NCBI GenBank assembly: GCA_035650735.1
Contig: DASRGZ010000142.1
Coordinates: 46,148 to 66,147, forward strand
Source of the DNA: Chthonomonadaceae bacterium
GTDB lineage: Bacteria > Armatimonadota > Chthonomonadetes > Chthonomonadales > Chthonomonadaceae
Length of the DNA stretch: 20,000 nucleotides
Direction: 5' to 3'
The notes below the pieces were generated by a model. That model had not been told where the DNA came from and ran no database searches. It saw nothing but the letters and a program-made list of their open reading frames with translations. Positions 16,284 through 20,000 of the stretch are shown piece after piece. Both the position numbers and the translations under genes were made by a program. How positions within the stretch are numbered: position 1 is the first letter of the stretch; every line of letters starts with the position of its first letter.

Positions 16284-18065
16284 TTATTGCGGAGCCTTCG
16301 AGGGCAGATCGTGGAGGGCGGCGTAGAGCCCGTGCGCGCGCAGCAGTTGGTCATGCGTGCCCATCTCGGCGACCTGGCCGGCGTTGAGGACGGCGATCCG
16401 GTCGGCGTTCCGGATGGTGGTCAGGCGATGGGCGATAATCAGGGTCGTGCGGCCCTGCATCAGCCGCACCAGCGCCTGGCGCACCAGGGTTTCTGAGCGG
16501 GTATCCAGCGCGGAAGTCGCCTCGTCCAGCACCAGAATGCGCGGGTCTTTGAGGAGGGCGCGGGCGATGGCCACGCGCTGCCTCTGGCCGCCGGAGAGCG
16601 TAATGCCTCGCTCGCCCAACACCGTCTCGTAGCCGCGCGGCCATTGGGAAACGAACTCCTCCACATTGGCGGCGCGCGCTGCCGCCTCCACCTCGGCGTC
16701 CATTGCGGTCAGGCGGCCGTAGCGGATATTCTCGCGAATGGTGCCGTTGAAGAGGACGGGCTCCTGCGGGACAAGGCCGATATGCTCGCGCAGGTCCTGC
16801 CGCCGGATGGCGCTGATGGGAACGCCGTCTATACGGATGCACCCCTGCTGCGGATCGAAGCGATAGAGCAAGAGCGCCAGCGTGGTCTTGCCGGCGCCGC
16901 TGGCGCCCACGAGGGCCGTAACTTTGCCTGCCGGAACGTCCAGCGACAGGCCGCAGAGCACGGGCGTATCGGGAGTGTAGGCGAAGTCTATCTGCTCGAA
17001 GGTGACGCGGCCAGGGCCATCCGGAAAGGGAAGGGCGTCCGGCGGGTCGGGCGTTTCTAAAGAATCGTCGAGAATAGCGAAGAGGCGGTCGGAGGCCCCG
17101 AGCGCGCGCTGCAGGCGTCCGTAGAGGGTGGCCAGGGAGGCCATCGGCCCGCTGATGAGGGTAATAGTCATCAGGAAGGCCAGCAGCGAGCCTGCCGAGA
17201 GTTGGCCGGCCAGGACGCTGCGCCCGCCGTACCAGACCAGGCCCAGGAGCATGCTGAGGAAGGCGGCGCTGACCAGCGTTCCCAATCCGGCATCGAACGC
17301 GCTGCTCTTGAGGGCCAGCCGGAACACGGTCTCCAGCTTTGCGCCCGCGCGCCTGTCCTCATGAGCCTCCCGCGCAAACGCCTTGACCAGCCGGATGTTA
17401 GAGAGCGCCTCCGTCATGCCGCCCATCGCCTCCGAGAGAGCCTCCAGCGCCTCCCGATGCAGCCCCCGCAGCCGCCGCCCCAGCAGCATAAACAGCGCCA
17501 GCGTTCCGGCGAGCAGGCCAACCACCACGCCCGTCAGCCGCGCGTCTATGGCTATCGCCAGGGCCAGGCCGCCGACCAGCGTAATCAGGTTGCCTGCCAG
17601 ACGCACCAGGTCTTCGGTGAGGGATTGCTGCAACTGGCTGACGTCGTTGGCCAAGCGGGAGGTCAGGTCGCCGGAGCGCGTGCGGTCGAAGAAGGCGACG
17701 GGCAGGCGCAGAAGATGGGCGTAGAGACGCCGGCGCACATCCAGCACGATGCGATTGCCCGCGTAGGCGACCAGCACATACTGGCCATAGGTGAAAGCCG
17801 CGCCCAGCAGGATGAGGCCCAGTAGCGCCAGAGCCAGCCGGTCCACGGCGCCGATCTGATGGGTCTGTAGCACGCGGTCGAGGGCAGAGCGGGCTACCAG
17901 CGGTAGCGAGAGGGAGATGGCGGTAGAGACGAGCATCAGCGCGCCCGCCGCCGCCAGAACCCGGCGATAGGGCAGGGCGAGCGCCAGCAGACGGCGCAGG
18001 GCGATCAGGGAGAATCGGGGCGGGCTGTCCTCCGCCCGGGGCGCATTGTGGGGCTCGGTTTCCAT
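16284..18065 (-). CDS. ABC transporter fused permease/ATP-binding protein (MsbA-like exporter)
   Basis: Multiple TM segments, FFDRTRSGDLTSRL, Walker A GASGAGKTT, VPQE, LSGGQRQR, ILVLDEATSALD, IIAHRL. Start placed at ATG 18065 (METEPH). Confidence 0.93.
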   Translation of the reverse strand: METEPHNAPRAEDSPPRFSLIALRRLLALALPYRRVLAAAGALMLVSTAISLSLPLVARSALDRVLQTHQIGAVDRLALALLGLILLGAAFTYGQYVLVAYAGNRIVLDVRRRLYAHLLRLPVAFFDRTRSGDLTSRLANDVSQLQQSLTEDLVRLAGNLITLVGGLALAIAIDARLTGVVVGLLAGTLALFMLLGRRLRGLHREALEALSEAMGGMTEALSNIRLVKAFAREAHEDRRAGAKLETVFRLALKSSAFDAGLGTLVSAAFLSMLLGLVWYGGRSVLAGQLSAGSLLAFLMTITLISGPMASLATLYGRLQRALGASDRLFAILDDSLETPDPPDALPFPDGPGRVTFEQIDFAYTPDTPVLCGLSLDVPAGKVTALVGASGAGKTTLALLLYRFDPQQGCIRIDGVPISAIRRQDLREHIGLVPQEPVLFNGTIRENIRYGRLTAMDAEVEAAARAANVEEFVSQWPRGYETVLGERGITLSGGQRQRVAIARALLKDPRILVLDEATSALDTRSETLVRQALVRLMQGRTTLIIAHRLTTIRNADRIAVLNAGQVAEMGTHDQLLRAHGLYAALHDLPSKAPQ

Positions 18066-18166
18066 CACCTTGGATATACGCATTCGGTCGTGCGCTCTGA
18101 CGTCATAGAATTCATTTCCGTGAGCAGATTTCCTCTTCCTAGTACCTGACAGCCAAAACTTGTTCA

Positions 18167-18533
18167 CCTAACCCCCCGTCCCCCACTGCCAGGGTCGGGG
18201 CTGCAACGGACTGCAAGGGTCGGCCCTGCCATGGTTGGGGCCTCTGCCTTGCGACACCCCTCCGCCTCGCGATCCTACTCGCTCGTCCCTCGCTAGGGAA
18301 GGGGGGGACCCGACTTCTGCTCTCCCCTCTCCTGTTCTTGGGGATCGCTAGGCGAGGGGTGTCGCAAGGTGTCGCAAGGCGGAGGCAAGGGCCGTAACCT
18401 TGCCGACCCTGGCAGTGGCCCGAACCGTTGAGCGCCGACCCTTGCAGTCCATTGCAGGCCCGACCCTGGCAGTGGGCTGGGGGTGGGGGCCGCTTCCCTC
18501 TCCTTCGCAACGAGAGAGGATGGGGGCGAGGTC
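18167..18533. repeat. Composite nested palindromic repeat, copy C (largest)
   Basis: Outer inverted repeat 18182-18224 / 18434-18476 (41 of 43 match), inner inverted repeat ~18240-18275 / 18342-18386, and the core shared with copies A and B. Confidence 0.9.
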
Positions 18534-18692
18534 TGCGCACGTTTGCTTGCCCGTTAGGGCGTTGAGGACAGTTGTAGAGGCAAGATTGATCGCAGAAAGC
18601 AGGGATTTTGCTGGGGCAGCCGAATTTGTTCTCAGGAGCATGACGCGGGCCACTCCCGCCTCCCCGATACTTTGTCAAGAAGGAGAATTGCC

Positions 18693-20000
18693 GTGCCCGC
18701 CGCGCATCCCGTCTTTCCCCATCTCTTCCGTCCCCTGCAAATCAAGGGCCTGACCCTGCGCAATCGGGTTGCCGTCAGCGCCCACTTCGCCGGGTGGTGG
18801 GTGGATAAGGGCCTGCCCAGCGATGAGTTTGTCGCCTATGTGAAGGAGCGCGCGAAGGGCGGCATCGGCCTGTTCGTCATCGGGGCGACTACTCCGACGC
18901 CATCTTCGGGCTGGATGGAAAATGTGGATGAAGCCATCATTCCTCGTTACCGGGCGCTAGCCGAAGCGGGCCACCGACACGGAACCGCCGTCTTTGCGCA
19001 GCTGATCCACCCTGGCTACCGCCCTCTGCCCGGCCGGCCTATCATCGCCAGCCGACCTGCCGCCGAAGGAACACAGCCCCACTACCGCGACAAAGACCGC
19101 CCCCTGCTGCCAACGGTACAGGATCTTCACCACCTGGTAGAGGCTTTCGGCGCGGCGGCGGGCCGCGCTGCCGCCGGTGGGGTCGATGGCCTGGAGCTGC
19201 ACTCGCATGAGAGCTTTATGCACGCCCAGATGCTCAATCCGCTCTGGAACACGCGCACGGACGCGTACGGCGGCTCCCTGGAAAATAGAATGCGTTTTAT
19301 GGTCGAGACCTTGCAGGCCATGCGCGCCGCCATCGGGCCGGATATGCCGCTGGGCGTGCGGCTTAAGCTCGACGATATGGAACAGCGGGGCATGTCTCTG
19401 GAGGACTATATCGAGGCGGTGCAGCGGCTGGAGGCGCTGGAGTTAGTGGATTACATTAATTTCACCGGCGGCGATGGCCGCCTCCATCATGGCCCGATGC
19501 CCCGACCGGAGGGCGAATGGCTGCCGCTGGTCAAGGAGATGCGGGCTCACACCAAGCTTATCCTGATGCACGCAGGGCGCATCGCCACGCCGGAGATGGC
19601 CGAGCAGGCGCTGGCCGAAGGGGCGCTCGATGTGGTCTGCATGACTAAAACCCATATCGCCGATCCCCACTTTACTCAGAAAGTATATGAGAACCGCCTG
19701 GAGGATATTCGCTACTGCACCCGCTGCCTGCAAAGCTGCCACGGAAAGATGCATCTGATGACCTGCGTCTATAACCCGGTGACCAGCCGTGAGACTACCT
19801 GGGCTGAGCTCCAGCCGGCGGCAAAACGGCGGCGTGTGGTCGTGGTGGGCGCGGGGCCAGCGGGCATGGAGTGCGCGCTGACGGCGGCCCTGCGCGGCCA
19901 TGAGGTACTCGTGCTGGAGAAGACGGATCGCGTCGGCGGGCAGGTCTGGCTGGGGGCCGCCTCCCCGCTGCGCAAGCCCTGGGCGCGCATCGCGGAGTTC
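18693..20000 (+). CDS. NADH:flavin oxidoreductase (OYE-like FMN barrel, 4Fe-4S motif, FAD/NAD Rossmann domain; 2,4-dienoyl-CoA reductase/TMADH-like), truncated by the window
   Basis: Manual translation from GTG 18693 (AGGAG RBS): FPHLFRPLQIKGLTLRNRV, ERAKGGIGL, AQLIHPG, NTRTDAYGGSLENRMRF, CTRCLQSC..C, VVVVGAGPAGME, LEK..RVGGQ. Open to 20000, so missing from the ORF track. Confidence 0.92.
   Translation, partial: MPAAHPVFPHLFRPLQIKGLTLRNRVAVSAHFAGWWVDKGLPSDEFVAYVKERAKGGIGLFVIGATTPTPSSGWMENVDEAIIPRYRALAEAGHRHGTAVFAQLIHPGYRPLPGRPIIASRPAAEGTQPHYRDKDRPLLPTVQDLHHLVEAFGAAAGRAAAGGVDGLELHSHESFMHAQMLNPLWNTRTDAYGGSLENRMRFMVETLQAMRAAIGPDMPLGVRLKLDDMEQRGMSLEDYIEAVQRLEALELVDYINFTGGDGRLHHGPMPRPEGEWLPLVKEMRAHTKLILMHAGRIATPEMAEQALAEGALDVVCMTKTHIADPHFTQKVYENRLEDIRYCTRCLQSCHGKMHLMTCVYNPVTSRETTWAELQPAAKRRRVVVVGAGPAGMECALTAALRGHEVLVLEKTDRVGGQVWLGAASPLRKPWARIAEF

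Noticed and set aside
18139..18753. ORFs of 101-179 aa across the repeat cassette
   Set aside because: They translate GC-rich palindromic repeats; no transposase or other motifs.

Overview
GC-rich bacterial chromosomal window of mostly unrelated genes; the lineage cannot be determined, and Armatimonadota/Chloroflexota-like is only an impression. In order: 5' end of a minus-strand gene, frameshifted Uma2 endonuclease, YegS/BmrU-type lipid kinase, type I-beta DAHP synthase with unusual active-site residues, GNAT acetyltransferase, degenerate HD-GYP/GAF/AGDEF protein, secreted GH2 hydrolase with a near-consensus sigma70 promoter, OGG1-like glycosylase, a low-GC islet, class I SAM methyltransferase, a tandem-cyclase/STAND/TPR protein resembling soluble adenylyl cyclase, DinB protein, MsbA-like ABC exporter, and an OYE-like Fe-S flavoenzyme running off the right edge. 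Best leads: (1) a hidden 103-codon secreted-protein frame with an in-frame UGA in the low-GC islet, preceded by competing hairpins and next to a candidate structured RNA; (2) the DAHP synthase with R->S, H->Q and S->K changes; (3) a family of nested palindromic intergenic repeats, and two heptamer arrays each flanked by duplicated sequence. No CRISPR array, rRNA, tRNA or intact transposase was seen.
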